From: Sphagnum compactum
Lineage: Eukaryota
DNA: 64,000 bases
Direction: 5' to 3'
NCBI GenBank assembly: GCA_965153455.1
Contig: OZ234493.1
Location: 1,116,001 to 1,180,000, forward strand
Below, one piece after another: positions 1 to 13,756 of the stretch (positions are counted from its first letter, which is position 1; each line of letters starts with the position of its first letter). The translations under genes were made by a program, and so were the position numbers. Below the pieces are notes generated by a model. It was not told the origin of the DNA, searched no databases, and saw nothing but the letters and a program-made list of their open reading frames with translations.

Positions 1-3
1 CAG

Positions 4-3000
4 GTGAAACGGTTGGAGAAGCAGAGGGAGTTTCTCACCCTCTGGAAGGCGGATGTGCTCAATGGCTTCAATTTAGAAGCCTCGTATGTGGACGTGAAAT
101 TGCAAGCCTGTGATGGCACACCCGTCTTTGCGCACAAAGCCGTGCTGGTTAGCTTCTTCTTCTTCTTCTTCTTCTGCTTATACCTGCCTGCCTTTTCCTT
201 GGTCCTAATAATAAGTCTCGTGCGTTTATACTCCCTTCGTTTTGTCTGCGCAATTCCAACCGCATTACGTGCAAATCCCTGTGGTGATGCAATTTGACTC
301 GAGGAAATTTTTTTTGGTCAGGAATGAATCTGTGACTATAGACGCCGAAAGATGTCAGTCGAAGATACCGCTTTCTGTTACTCTATTGTTGTGCTCATAT
401 ATGTGCAACCTTCTCTCAGGGAGAGTAGATTTGTAGGAGACTGAGACCTTGAGGAAAAAGTCCTTAGCACGTTCATTTATGTTTTAGAGCCTTGAGGCCA
501 ATCTCGGTCATCGTCCATAACGATGCTGAACTCTCGATAAGAGAGGGGGGGGGGGGAGAGCCGGTGTAGGCAGATCCAGAACAAGGAAAATTATTTTTTT
601 CTGGAAATTGTACGTTTTAAACTTCTTAAGGAATTGCAGGCTGCCAGATCCGAAGAAATTGACGCTATCTTTCAGGCGGACACAAATGCTAAGGAAATAG
701 AAATACCAGAAATGGCTGGTGAGGAACTGAAGGCATTTGTGAGCTTCTTCTACACAGGAAGCCTCCCCATCAATGTGATTGCAGAATACATGACAACTTT
801 CTTGCACGTAGCAGAGAAATACAAGGTTCATTATCTTGCAGCAGTATGTGAAGATGTGCTGGTGTCCAAGCTTTCTAGAGATAATGCAATCACAACTTTC
901 GATATAGCTAAGAAATATTGCTCCAGCGATGTAAAAGAAGCCGTGCTGAAGAAGGCACTGAAGATGGGTGAAATATCAACATATGGGGAGTACAAGCTGT
1001 ACACACAGAAAGACCCAGGGTTGCTGCTGGAATTTTATGAGCAGCTGTCAGAAAGGATAGGGCCATTGCTGGCTAAAAGACGCCGTATCACACCAGGTAT
1101 GTTCCATCTAGCATTGTGGACTTACAACTTTTTGTTTCTGGTGTGGCATTGTGCCAAGCAATTACAGGGTTTGCTGTGAACTCAGATTGCTGGAACCAGA
1201 TTATACCCTAAGGCAGTCTGATATCATCAGTTCCTTAGATCAGTACTTTCATTTTGAAGCAGCATATGTACACCTGTTTTTCTGGCAGCACTGTGTGCTA
1301 TGAAACATGGAGTGCTTGCAGTGGATCTGCTGATGACATGCTGGACTTTGTCCAGTGATGAGGCTAATCCTGTCTCGGATGGATTCATCTCAGTGAGAGC
1401 CCAAACTGCCTAGAGAATATGTGAGTGCTGGTTTTCTGGTTTCAGTAACAATGTGACCCATGTTAGGAGTTTTCTTACTCTGGAATGGACATCATTATGC
1501 ACAAATGCCGTGAAGAATTAGTTTGTTTACTTTTTCAAACAATGCAGAAAATGGTGCCGGTGATCATGATGTGAACAATACCCTTACATTCTATGATAAA
1601 GGCACTGGGAAGTCAGAGAGTGGCGATGATGAAGTCGAGGATGACCAAAAGGGAGATGATGATGATATGAGGCATGACGGTGAAAATGAGTTCTCTTTAG
1701 GTAATGATTTATAGCATATGCTCCCTTCATCTGCCTGTTCCTGTGTTTTGACCTATAACCTTTGTCTATTATCCTGGAAATTTTACTTCTTGTAGAAGGT
1801 AGTTTATTGGTTTCTTTGATGGGCTGGGACACAAGTTAAGAGGAGAGGGAAGAGAAAGCATTGCAGACACATACCTCTTAGGTACGGTTGTAGTAGTGCA
1901 TGTCTGTTCTGAATGTTGAAGGCAGGATTTTGTTGGTTGTTCTGTGTGTCCAAGGTGATGCTGGATGAATGATGTTTCTTTTGGGCTGGTTGGCACTTTT
2001 TGTTGTACAAGAGAGATGGGAAAGGGCTTTTTTACCTGAAAGTCTAGTGTAAAGTCATGAAAGGTGGTTAATAGGAACTTTGATTTGCAGGAAGCACAGT
2101 GCCACCTAATGGATCTTCTCCGTTTGGTAGTGGTGGCAATAGTGGTAGAGTTGTATTCTGGCATGGAGGACCACCAATCCCACCTCAGCATGGTGGCACC
2201 ATTACAGGTGATGGGTATGATAAGGGAGCAACGTATGTCCCAAGTCACAGGCCTGCCTTCGATAACCAGATTGTATCAGGTCCACCTTATGGAGTGCCTC
2301 CCTTCATGCCTCCAGTGTACCCTAGCAGTCCACTTCTGAGGTGAGGACTATGGCATCATACAGCTCCTGCTTGCATTTTGTACCATCAACACAGTTGTGG
2401 TTGTCAGGGAGTGCAGTTCTACTGAGTTTTATGTTTGTACAGCCACACTGATTACATGGAGATATGTGTGTTTCTTTCTGAATTTGCAAGGTACATGTGA
2501 GCCCATGGACTACTCTTTATAGTCACCATGTATTGCAAAAATACATTTGACCTCAGTTTTCAGAATTTTACAGGGTTTGTGATATTTTCCTTGCTCTGTT
2601 GTGACCTTTTTCAGGGGAGGGTTTCCTGGAGCTGGGACAGGAGCTGTGGTTTCTATGGAAGTAGGGCCTGTTGTTGGGGAGGATCTGGTTCAAGAGCCTA
2701 AAGGCAAGAGAGTTCCATCAGATGGCCAGACAAAGCTTGAGGGAAAACGTGGCCAGAACTGGACAAATAGTGAGGTGGAGGCTCTGGTTGCTTTGAGGGG
2801 TGAGATGCATGATGAGTTTGTCAGAAATAAGCAAAAGCAGGGTATGTAATTGCTTTGCACAACATTCACTTCTCTTGCATGTGAGTGTTCAGAGTATGTG
2901 TCTGTGTAGTCAAAGTGATGATAACAGTAGGTATCTTGATATTGACATACTGTTAAAAGTCAAATGCTGACATCCTTTGCTTTGCCAAACCTGGTGAATT

Positions 3001-3632
3001 GAGCAAACACACAGCATTAGCTTATCACTGTTGTCCCAAGTAATCATGACAAGCACTCCACCTTGCAACAACAAGAATGAAGTTCAAATGTGGTGATTTC
3101 ATTTGAGGTAGAGAAGATTAGTGTTGGTGAGCAGAGTGCTTAGTGCTCAGCCTCAGTTTCCGTGCAGAGTATTCAGTAGACACTTTGTGTCGGTGGAAAT
3201 TGCTTAGTGTCAATGGAGTACCATTCTAGAGAGTAGCAAACATTCCACTGAGGATATGATTGACTTCTTAGTTGCAGGGAATGAATTCCTGAAGAACTTT
3301 GTTTGCAAATGGTTGCAGGTGTAAATACATGGAACAAACTCCACATCAGGATGCAGGCCACGTGCAGAGGGTTTCATAAGACTGCAAATGCTTGCAAGAA
3401 GAAATACTCGATCCTGTATAATGAGTACAAAAAGGACAGAGAGAGTTTAAAAGAGAATGGGGACGTTGAGGCATCAGGTACTCCAGGTACCAGAAGCAAG
3501 AAATGTGCATATTTTGACCAGATGGACATGTGGCACCTTAAGAGACTCGAAAATAAGGTTGGTCTTGCAGGAGGTACTGCAGATAGTCCATGCACTAGCA
3601 CAGAGGATATGGAGATCAAAGAGGAAGAGTAG
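4..3632 (+). CDS. BTB/POZ-domain protein fused to a C-terminal trihelix (Myb/SANT-like) DNA-binding domain; 5'-partial. Exons 4-147, 640-1096, 1548-1700, 2091-2340, 2615-2841, 3319-3632
   Basis: All five introns are GT-AG with compatible phases. BTB signature: DVKLQACDGTPVFAHKAVL|AARS...FVSFFYTG...AEKYKVHYLAAVCE. An acidic and Pro/Gly-rich linker follows. Trihelix signature: RGQNWTNSEVEALVALR...WNKLHIRM...KTANACKKKYSILYNEYKK...YFDQMD. CAG at 1-3 suggests upstream exon(s) outside the window. Confidence 0.85.
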
Positions 3633-3849
3633 ATGAAGGTTTACTGTACATACAGAGGGATGGAGGCACTAGAAGAAGGTATGTTCAAAAACCCATGTGA
3701 AAGCCCATTTAATCAGGTAACTAAGAATCTTCTGTGGCCAGCTTTTAACCATGCATTCGTTACAGAGTATATAGTGACTTGGCTGCCCTCATTGCCAAGT
3801 TGTAGACAAAGTTCTTTGTAATCTTTATCCAAGCCATTATTGTCCTGTT

Positions 3850-4610
3850 GGCCATTACATGTTTATGGTTTTATGGTACAGTTTCCTCTTGAAAGATGTT
3901 GGTCACACTTGTAAATCAGCCTTTGAAAGATTCTAAGAAGAGAGGCCAAAAGATTATGAAAGTTCACTAATTCTTCTTTTGAGTTTAAAGTTTAAACCAT
4001 TGTCCAGTGCCATTGCCAAAGAGGGTTTCCTTTCCTTTTAGGGTCTTCCCTATTGATAAAATTGTTGGAGATTTCTTGGATTCTAATGGGAAAATTAGAT
4101 AGTAGGATGTTTTGTCATGTTGCCACTTGAGTTGAAAGAAAATAGAGATGTGCATCCTTCATGCTCTCTTTCCTAGAGTCTATTAGTTTAGAAGGTAAGT
4201 CTCCCAGTCGTATATTATGGAGAAAAGGTGCTAAACCTTCTCTTTTCCGTACAAAGCTCAACCCCTTCCCTTGAGTTGCACTTCTCAATGTCTTCCTATG
4301 CTTTTTTCTAATCTCTCCTCATAATTTCATCACTGGATAGCTTGTTTCATCCACATATTCCTTCTATAGAACTTTTGGCTATAGAGATTACAGAAGAAGA
4401 TTAGTTTTTCTCTTCATCTCATGTCCAAAGGTCAGCATCTTTAGGATTTCTTGTTGTGGAGGTGTGTTGCCTTTCTCAAACTGACGCCACACCTTGAATT
4501 TGTTGTTCTGCTCAAATGGAAGGAAATCATTTAACTTGCCTTCATCACTGAAGAAAACCTTTTTTGTGTCTCTGTCAACCTTGGGTATTGGCCATGCACT
4601 CAAGTTAGGG
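3850..4610 (-). mobile_element. Decayed retroelement fragment homologous to the relic in mannosidase intron 11
   Basis: Shares collinear blocks with about 19700-19900, e.g. TAGAAGGTAAGTC at 4189 and 19741. Broken minus-strand ORF at 4388-4603. Boundaries are approximate. Confidence 0.4.
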
Positions 4611-7600
4611 TTGCAACATTTTACGTGGTTGTATTCTAAAATCAGTGACCAATTGTCCTAACTTGAGTAACTTACGGTAGAACGTATTTGTGATATCTTC
4701 AAGATTGACTGTATGTGAAAGGGGATTGTCCAAGCATTATGTTAATGAAGAATGTATGGCACTTTTGACTTAAAACTTTTGAATGTTTTGAATGTGTCGA
4801 TGCATGTACATCATTATTATGCAAAATTAATGTGGCAATATAAATTTACTAGCCCTTTCCCGAGAGTGGGGGAAATTATGCGGGATGGATGTATGTTAAG
4901 TTGCCTTGGTTGGACTTATTTTACACGGGAAATGATATCTTCCTATCATATTGATTATGAGTTTGATATTTGAAAAATGCACAAGATTTCGACTAATGAA
5001 AAGAGAACTCAATGCTGTTGAAAATTGTGAAGGTGTGTTGCTGTTTGAAAGTTAAGTTGTGCTTCAGTTTTGTCTTCAAGTTCAAATTCCTATTTTTGGG
5101 GATTTCAAGAGTCAAAATCACTGAATTTTTGTTTAAGGCATAAATTTCAAATTTAAACCCATCATTAAGGCATTAATTTTTATTTTATTTTAAATTTTAA
5201 AATTTTTTTGTATTAGTGTTTAAAGATTGATAACCTTCATGGATGATAATCAAGTCAACCAAATATGTCATTAGATTTTTGAAATTTCAATATCAAGTGG
5301 ATATCAATTTAACCAATTTATCAAAAAATAAAAAACCTTTTGGCAGGTTATTAATGCATAGCTTGATAATCAAGTTCATAATCAGGTCAAAACTCAATAA
5401 CCGACCACCGCTGGTGTGGATGTATGAAGGTTCACAATGCTTCCATTTTGGCTACTTGAAACAAACAAAAGGAGAAAGTGTGTGTATGTATGTACTTCTT
5501 TAACTCATGAATGGGCAAAGGTTGAGTATAATCCTCTCCACCACACCCGACTCCTTGTCCCATCCATGTATGCATAACAAATCGTTTGTATAATGATATT
5601 CACATATTTCAATCTTGACCTAATCGATTTACAAACTTCAAAGATATATCGAAAAAGGCAATGTAACACCAAAAGGATCAAAATATATGTAGAAGCTTAT
5701 TTTCTTACAATTTAACATGTAAATGATGTTGGAATGGATGTCACAAGTGTAAAGAATTGGAAACCAAAAGCAAGTCACTTAGAGCATCTCCATTGTGAGT
5801 CTGAAAGCCCAATACAATGATACTTTGGCATTGGCAACCGAAAATCAACGTTGGTGTGCACACCCATCACACATTCTAGATGGTAAAAGAAACCATGAGC
5901 TTAGACAACATTCCTACAACCCTCTTGCAAAGTGCAATATGCCACAATTAGATGCAGATTGCTATATGATGAAGAGCAAGAAGGGAAAGAGTTTTGTTTT
6001 AGAGGAAGAGAAATAGCTTTGCCATAATTTTCTTCATATTTCACATAACCTTACAATAGGTAATGGCCAGAAGACAACTTCATTTTGAGATCAAATTCAA
6101 GAACGTTACAATCAAAATCGCTATGTAGGTGGGTTTCACCTTGTGAAACATTTTCGACACATGTGTGATGAAATGACGGGTGGGGCCAAGTCAAGTTCTT
6201 GCAATGGAGTAAATTTTCACCATATATCAGCCCTTGCACAATAGAGCTTGCACACACCTCTCTCAAATTGATTTGTGGTGTCGGATGTAGGGGGGTGGTG
6301 GAGATGCTTTTAGTTTTATAAATGGGAAAAAAATGGATATATTTTTAAAGCCTAAATTGGAACAAGAAACCAACAACCTACTCTTCAACCGTTTTGTTTT
6401 ACTTGTTTAATTGTGTCTAACATAATCTTCAAAGCTCCTTGATCATTAGCAAAGGAATGGGGCATGTCTTGAAAAAAGATCCCGTGATAATTGATTAAGG
6501 ACAATTTCAAAAGCAAAACACCCTTGTGAACTTTACTAATAGTCAATCTTCCCACCGCATGTTAGATCTAAACATTCACCAAATTTCTCCTTGATGTGAA
6601 CCCAATAAGGATTCATCAAATTTTCAAAATCTATAAAATAATAATTTGAATAATATTACTAAAGTCTAGTCATTATGACACTACTAATATTACACCATAG
6701 TTTTTTAGAGTGATCACTACAAATGTGTGATTGTTAGTCATACACAAATAAATATTCATTATCAATAAATGAAAAATTTAAATGGCTTGTTGTGAAATAC
6801 ATTCATTTTCTTGAATTATTTATCATGAAGTTCCATAATTTAAGAAACATCACGAAATCTCCAAATAACACAACTCTTTAAATTTTGTATTAAGGTTGAT
6901 CATTGATATTGGGAGGGCCAATAAAAAAAAATTATAGAATTTGTCAAGAAGGTCAATATGACAATTTGATCACTAAGGAGCAATTTGACAACATCTTAAA
7001 TATAAGTTATGTTGACTAAAATGGAAACTCTGGAGTGCACTTGTAAGAGAAGGGTCACAAGCACAATAAATGTTGAAACTAAACTAAATAATCCATTTTG
7101 AATAACCCAAACTAAGAGTATACACATTTCTTCTTTTGATAAATCATCTTGCACATTTTTATTTATTTTTGGTAGAATATCAATAGTCCATCAATGATGT
7201 TCATGATGCCCAAGTTGGCCACCTACTCTAATAACCTTCAACTACAAGATCAATCATAGCTTCCATTGTTAGTACCCAAGTACTTGATGTTATTAACAAT
7301 ATTAAAAAATAAAATGATTGTCCTCCCTTAAAATTCTTGCACAACAACGCTCTCCATTAAACATACTAAATTGAAATTTTGCCTATGCATGCATAATCAT
7401 AAAGACTTAACGATGAGAATGAAGTAAATGTCCATTCTTTTCAAGAGGTTCTCAAGTGAATTGGCCAACAAACAAAAAATAAACCATTGCCAAAGGTCAT
7501 ATCTTCATAACAATATAACCTAAAAAAATGTTGTATATTACCATGTCCTTTCTATAAACTACTTTGACCAAATGCCAACAACCCACATAAGAAAACATTC

Positions 7601-10600
7601 ATATTATTTCCAAGTCCACCTTTCACATATATAATAGATAAATTACACCCAAACTATGACTTCATTTTCCACCAACAAGTAACAAACAAGCTCTTCTCCA
7701 CAATTCAACATTTTTAAAATTTTATTTTCCCATTTGTTCTCCTTTTGAATGAAAGATTATATATGTATAAAAGTTTCGTTTTTAGTAAGTGAAATTGATA
7801 TTAGAAAATTGCAATGGGTCTTCCTTACTAACACACACATAAGTTCGTAGGGCCTTACATATGATGTCATGTACCCCTTTCATGTTTGCAAACGTCACCC
7901 AAACTCAAACATGAAATCAAAGAAGTCAATCACATATTAATGCAAAAGAGATGTCTTTGTATAATAAGAATCACATTTTGATCCAAGTCTTGGTGGATTT
8001 ATTATTTGCTGAGAAGATCAAGGCCAAAGTGAAACAACAAAAGGAACCATAAGGTTTGTTGAAAATCCCTCCAAATGTAAAAACAACCACTCACGCATGT
8101 AATGTCAAAACACATGTTTTGAAAGACTCTCCCACCACATGTTTTTTGATATGCAAAAGTGAGTGCATTTTTTCATTTGCATGCAATATGTAAATACTAG
8201 TTCATCAAAAAAAAATTAAATTAAATAAATTAAGTCAAACGACCCATTTTTTATAATCTCATTGGCCAATTTTTTTTCTTTTACATGTAAGCACAAGCAT
8301 ATGAGTTTAATACAAAATTTAGAAGCCAACTTACTAAAGTTAACTCCTCAAAAAAAAATCAAGCATCTTAGTTTAACAATGCCAATGGCCATTTGCATTT
8401 TTTTTCACCCCGAGGCCTATCTATTCCACAAACCCTTTAAATTATTTATGTTGATATTATAACCCAAAGAAAAAACTAATATTGCAATAAATACACTCAC
8501 ATTGCTAAATACACTCATATAGGTTTCAGTCCAAGTTGAAAGTGGTGACAAACAACTTTTCATGCAATCAATGAAAATGTTCAATGTGCACACAAGAAAG
8601 CTCAAATTTTTTCATTCGGGTTTTGGGTTTAGGGTTTAAGGGGTTGAAGCGATTTTTCATTTTGTTGTTATTCCCAATGTGTTTCCCAAGTGTTTCAAAT
8701 AACACCACACTTTTGTCCCATACTAATTTGGCCTATGCCATTAGCCCAACTATGATCAAACTCTGTAATTGTTTCAAGTGTGAACAAGACCTCAATGATA
8801 GAGTTCAATTGTGAGAAAAAAATAAAAATGAAATTAATTTCCGAGGATGAAAATTATTCAAACTCAATATATCTCCTCACCTTAAGTCTAAAAATTACAA
8901 AATCACTTTCAAGAAATCTACGCATCAAAGGGTTTCCAATAGTAGCAACAATTATTTTATTTTATTTTATTTTATTGTTGGGAATTTTCTATGAAAAATT
9001 TGTTCAACTTTGGGTCCACATTGTTGTGCATTGTTAGTGATAATCAATTGATCAATTCATGAAAATCATGAAGTGATTTTGTTAATTTGAAATTCCATTC
9101 AAATGAAAATATTGAATGACATTGCATGCAAAATTGTATTGAATTTGAATTTCGATTGAATTTAATGAAATGGGATGCACGTTGGTGGAAAATATATTGA
9201 AAAAAGTATACAAACAATTGGATAAAGATATGATTAAATAAAGATTCAATGAAGTTGAAAGGAAATGAAATGCATATTGGTGGGATGTATTGCAAATTTG
9301 CTCGTGACTATGGTGTTGGAAAAAAAATGTCTAAAAGGGCACAAATTCATGAAGATATATTTCCATACCTCTTTACTTGTCCAAGTGATAATCCGATTCA
9401 TGATATATGAGACGTAAAATTGTCCTATGTAAACAAGCTTTGATGAATCGTACCATTGAAATTTTCAATATTTGTTTAGTCATGGATATAAACATTACCT
9501 AACCACCTAGATGCACCCCTACCCCATCAAAGGCTTTTCAATAATATCAAGAGCACAATGGGGCCCAATTGGTTGGGAAATTTCAATATGACAACCAAAC
9601 AAATAGTTCTACCATGAGAGGTTTGATCCTAAATTTTTAATTTTTTATGAAATCAAATTAATGGGTTCAGATTTCATTACCTTTACAAGGAGGGCCAAGC
9701 AATATAGGAAAAACATGTGTTACAAAATTTTATCAAATGGCCCTTGAAAACGAATTGCATGCAATTATTTTTTAAAATTGCCCGTTCAAAAGATTATGCT
9801 TATTTTGTTGATAATTTAGCGTCTTTTGAAAGGCCTTGACCCATCCTCATGTCACCCAAGAAAAAAACCTACTTGAGAAAAAAGAAGAAATCACCCTCTC
9901 CCGCCCTCCCCCTCTCTTTAAAGGCTCCTCCATTCCCCTTTCAAATAGGGAAAAATTCACTCCCCTTTCCACCCCACACCACCCAAAAAACAACTCTTCA
10001 AAAAAACAAGAAAAAAATAAATCCAACCCAACCCTCCCCCTTCTCCTCTACTTAAATTTTCACCTATAACTTTTTTCAACTCACTTCACTCCACCCAATG
10101 TTAAAATCGAAAATCTTGATACTTAAACTCGTAACCTTATCCATTAAACCTATTGTCGATTATCCATCCACGCCTACACCCACTCAAAATGAGTTCTCAC
10201 AATGCCTTTGTAGAATGAAAGCCAACAAACAACCTTCATTACTAGATAGATCCATTGGCCAAAGTCGAACTTTCACATATATGACCAAAGGGAAGGCCCT
10301 ATCTGCTTTCATTTTGAGGAGTGCTTGATTTTTTTGTTAAAAAGGTGATGGGCCAATCAAAGTGGCTCCTTTGGGAAAACAAAAACAAAAAAACAAAACC
10401 CTAAATTACGCAACAATAGACCCTCATGAGGGATGAGGGATGCCCTAATTGCGCTTGACTCTCAGCACAGCTCCAGGAGTGAAATTTTAAGGCTGATTAT
10501 GTCAATTTCTAGGTCAATTCCAATGGCAGAAAATGCTCAACTCTTGTGGTAGGTAGGAAGGGAGTGATAGGTTAGAAGGGCCCATTTCCATGGTCTCCAG

Positions 10601-10756
10601 TTTTGAGAAAACGATGGATGATGCCCACACACAAAATTTGGGTTGTGTTACGCACATTTGGGGTGTGTATAGACACGAGAGGCATGCATCATCAAGATCT
10701 TTAGATACCCACCACATCAACAAGGGGGGTTGTGGTGTCACACTGTGACCTTGCCA

Positions 10757-12086
10757 TCTATCTATGAAGGAAGGCAGTTTGTTTTGTAGCCATGAGAGTA
10801 ATATCGAACTGGGATACTTCAGATCGCCTTCTTGGTCTCTTTGGAAAGCTCTCAAGGCGAGAGGGCGGGGTCTGCATTGGTCAGGGCGAAACCACACTCA
10901 CATTGGTACCAATTTATACAGTGAAGATGAACAGATGAAGAAAGTCTTTCATTCAGTCAGGTCCCATTGTTTTAAAGTAGTGATGTGTGGGTCCATCATT
11001 TCAAAGCAGAGAAATGTGGGCCCTTATCTCCCTTGACTTTTGCAAATCCTTCTTCTCCTATTTATTTCCATAAGAATAGTCCTCCCCACATTTCTTCCTG
11101 CTGCTGCAGCCAACGTGGGAGACTAAACACCCCCCCTTCTTAAAGAGCTCTGTCCGGCGCTGCTTTCGCTCTGACAGTGCAGCCCTGCGGAGAACTGTGT
11201 TGTTCTGCCGCAGGGGTTTTATATTTTTGCCCTTTTTTCACTTTGTATCTGGAGTAAAGTGGAAAAATGAACTTCCTTTCCCAATGCCTAATAGTATGTC
11301 AGTGGTTAGAACCACAAGCCCTGAAGAGGAGTCGTCGGTTTGGTTCCTGTGGCCAACACTTCTAAAGTGATGGCATACAACAGTGGCGTTCAAGAGAACG
11401 ATTTTAAAGTGTTCTTCAAGCTTTTCCAAGAACATTAAAAACCCCCGGGGGGTTGCATGGTTTCTTGCATAACTGTGCAAGGCCAAAAAAGGTGTGCGAA
11501 AAGACAAGTGGAACCAGCGCCGAACAGAGCTCGTTAGGGGGTGTTTAGCGCCCCACGCAGCAAGCACTTCAAAAGAAAACCCTCTTTTCCTCCTCTTGCA
11601 ACAAAACACAAGGGGGGCCGTCGCGGCGCCCCAGAATCACAAAAAAAACAAAACGGGGGGAGGCATTGTGGCCCCCCCATCTTCCTCCTCCTGCAACAAA
11701 TTTTGCCTCAAAAAACACCAATGTGAGTGGGGTTTCACCCTCTGGCCAGGTGCATCATCGGCTTGGTTTCATGGCATTTGGACTTGTGGTGCAAAAGTTC
11801 TTGAATATTGAGTGATTTTTCACTGAAAATTAAAGTAAATCGTAGCTGAAAATTTCAGAAGAATTGGAATGTGCCTTCCATGTTGTTGGAAAGACCTTGA
11901 TAACAGGATTAAATGGAATTTATTTGGTAAGATTTGGATTCAGAATGTGGGAGATATTGATTTTTTTAAGTGATTTTTGCTGCTGAAAATTCAAATAAAG
12001 TTCCCAAAAGAACCAGGTTTTGAAAGAAAAATAAATCAGTTGAGGACGCGGTAACACTTAGGCCAAGGGCACAGGCCACACACTAG
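10757..12086 (+). mobile_element. Non-autonomous Helitron-like element, family 1, with a ~0.9 kb internal insert
   Basis: Begins A|TCTATCTATGAAGGAAGG and ends GGCC..GGCC-ACACACTAG|T. Both ends align with the shorter copy at 26742-27178. Confidence 0.65.
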
Positions 12087-12343
12087 TTTACACGGGAAAA
12101 GTATCTTATGGCAAAAGAAGAATTATGAAAAAAACTCAAATATTTCACGGTGCCAAAATATAATCTTCAAAAAATCCTCCAGAAAAAACTAAAATCCTTC
12201 AAGCGATTATTATAACTCTATAATAACTAATGTCAAGTTTCAACACAAGCCAAAATATCATGTTTCAAAAATCCTCATAATAAAAATAGACCTATTATTG
12301 ATTATTTATTACCTAGAATGGGCCAAAATCCCGTAAGCTACTA

Positions 12344-12999
12344 TCTTATATATAAAGTACCTTGTCTGTCCGTGCGTCCGTCCGTCCGACGACGTTCTGG
12401 GAGCATTTTCTATGGCAGAACCGGCCACAGAGATAACTGACCACCGGCTAAGCAGCTTGCCTCATTGTCCGCCGCTCCGTCAGTCGGACGTGTCGAGGTC
12501 CTGAAACCCAGATCGGGACCCGCCTGTCCGTCCGTCTGGTCGAGGTCCTGAAACCCAGATCCCAAATTGTAAAAGTAAAATAACCACCCAAAAACCTGCC
12601 TGGCTCCTCTTTTCCGGCAGTTCTGTGATTATGTGGATGAAATATTATACGTTTTTAGTTCCGTCCAATGAGGCTCAGAGTTCTGGATGGGTGGTTATGA
12701 GGATGAGATATCATGTATTTGTAGTTCCGTCCAATTAGGAGGAATGATTTGTGGATGAAATATTAAAGATTTTGTAGTTTTGTCCACTTAGAGTTTTGGA
12801 TGGATTGATTATGTGGATGAAATATTTATGTATTCGTAAGTTCCGTCTAATGATAAGTTTTGCATGGTGATTTATTTGGATGGAATATCATGTATTTGTA
12901 ATTCCGTCCAATTAGGAGTTCTGGTCTTTGGGGTCTCCTTTGGACTCCCAGTTTTTTCCCAGTGCCGTGTCGTGCCTTGCAGGCACGGGAGCCCACTAG
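12344..12999 (+). mobile_element. Non-autonomous Helitron, family 2, upstream of the mannosidase gene
   Basis: 5' A|TCTTATATATAAAG; 3' hairpin CGTGCC-TTGCA-GGCACG followed by CTAG|T. Internal ~55-65 bp degenerate repeats at 12630-12915. An empty-site paralogue at ~49115-49145 (minus strand) shows insertion at A|T with no TSD. Confidence 0.85.
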
Positions 13000-13756
13000 T
13001 ACTCTATAATGAATCAAAACATTAGAAACTAGAAACATGTTTCCCATAATGATTTGACCAAAGTAATTGACCATTCTATTGCAGAATAAGTTTCTAGATA
13101 CGTGTCACACTTTCAGTGGCCCAAAATTTCTTCCCAAAAAATCAATTACTCACAAGAATTGCCGCGATGTTGCCCATTCTGCAGCGTATGTCGCCCGCTG
13201 AGCTCTGTGGCGCTGTGCAACTTCCCCTGTGCAGAATGGAACTCCAATTTTACGCCGCATAACGCGCTCCGAGGGAGATTTTACGCCGCATAATGAGCTC
13301 GAGGAGCGAGCTGACCGTACATAATGGGCAGGCTCGTGGCCATTCCTGATTAGGTTAGGCAAATTCCGTCGTCACGCTCGCGTGCGTACCTTTACACCCA
13401 CGTGCCTTGTACGCACGCACTGCGCGTAGCGACTTTTGCGATCGCTGTGCTTCGGCTTCTGCGGAAGCACCATCGCCATTTCCCAGTGTCGGCCTGCCTG
13501 TTGCCGTGCTCTCAAAGTGTTTTGCACAGAGACTCAGGCTTGGGTAAAGGGTTGTGTGTACTGGAGCATTGAAAGTTGGCACCGGAACACTTGGGTTTGG
13601 CTGGATTTTTTTTTGGTTGTTGTTTCTCTAATGGGTTGTTGTTGTTCCGATTCGTTTTTTTGAGATCTTGATGGTGTTTTGCCGGAGAGGTGAATGTGGA
13701 GTGTGAAGGAGTCGGAGAGAGGGAGCGGCGTGGTTGCGGGACAGGAGGATTGGATA

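Noticed and set aside
9836-10069. Lys/Pro-rich ORFs
   Set aside because: Homopolymer-rich decayed or low-quality sequence with no domain signal.
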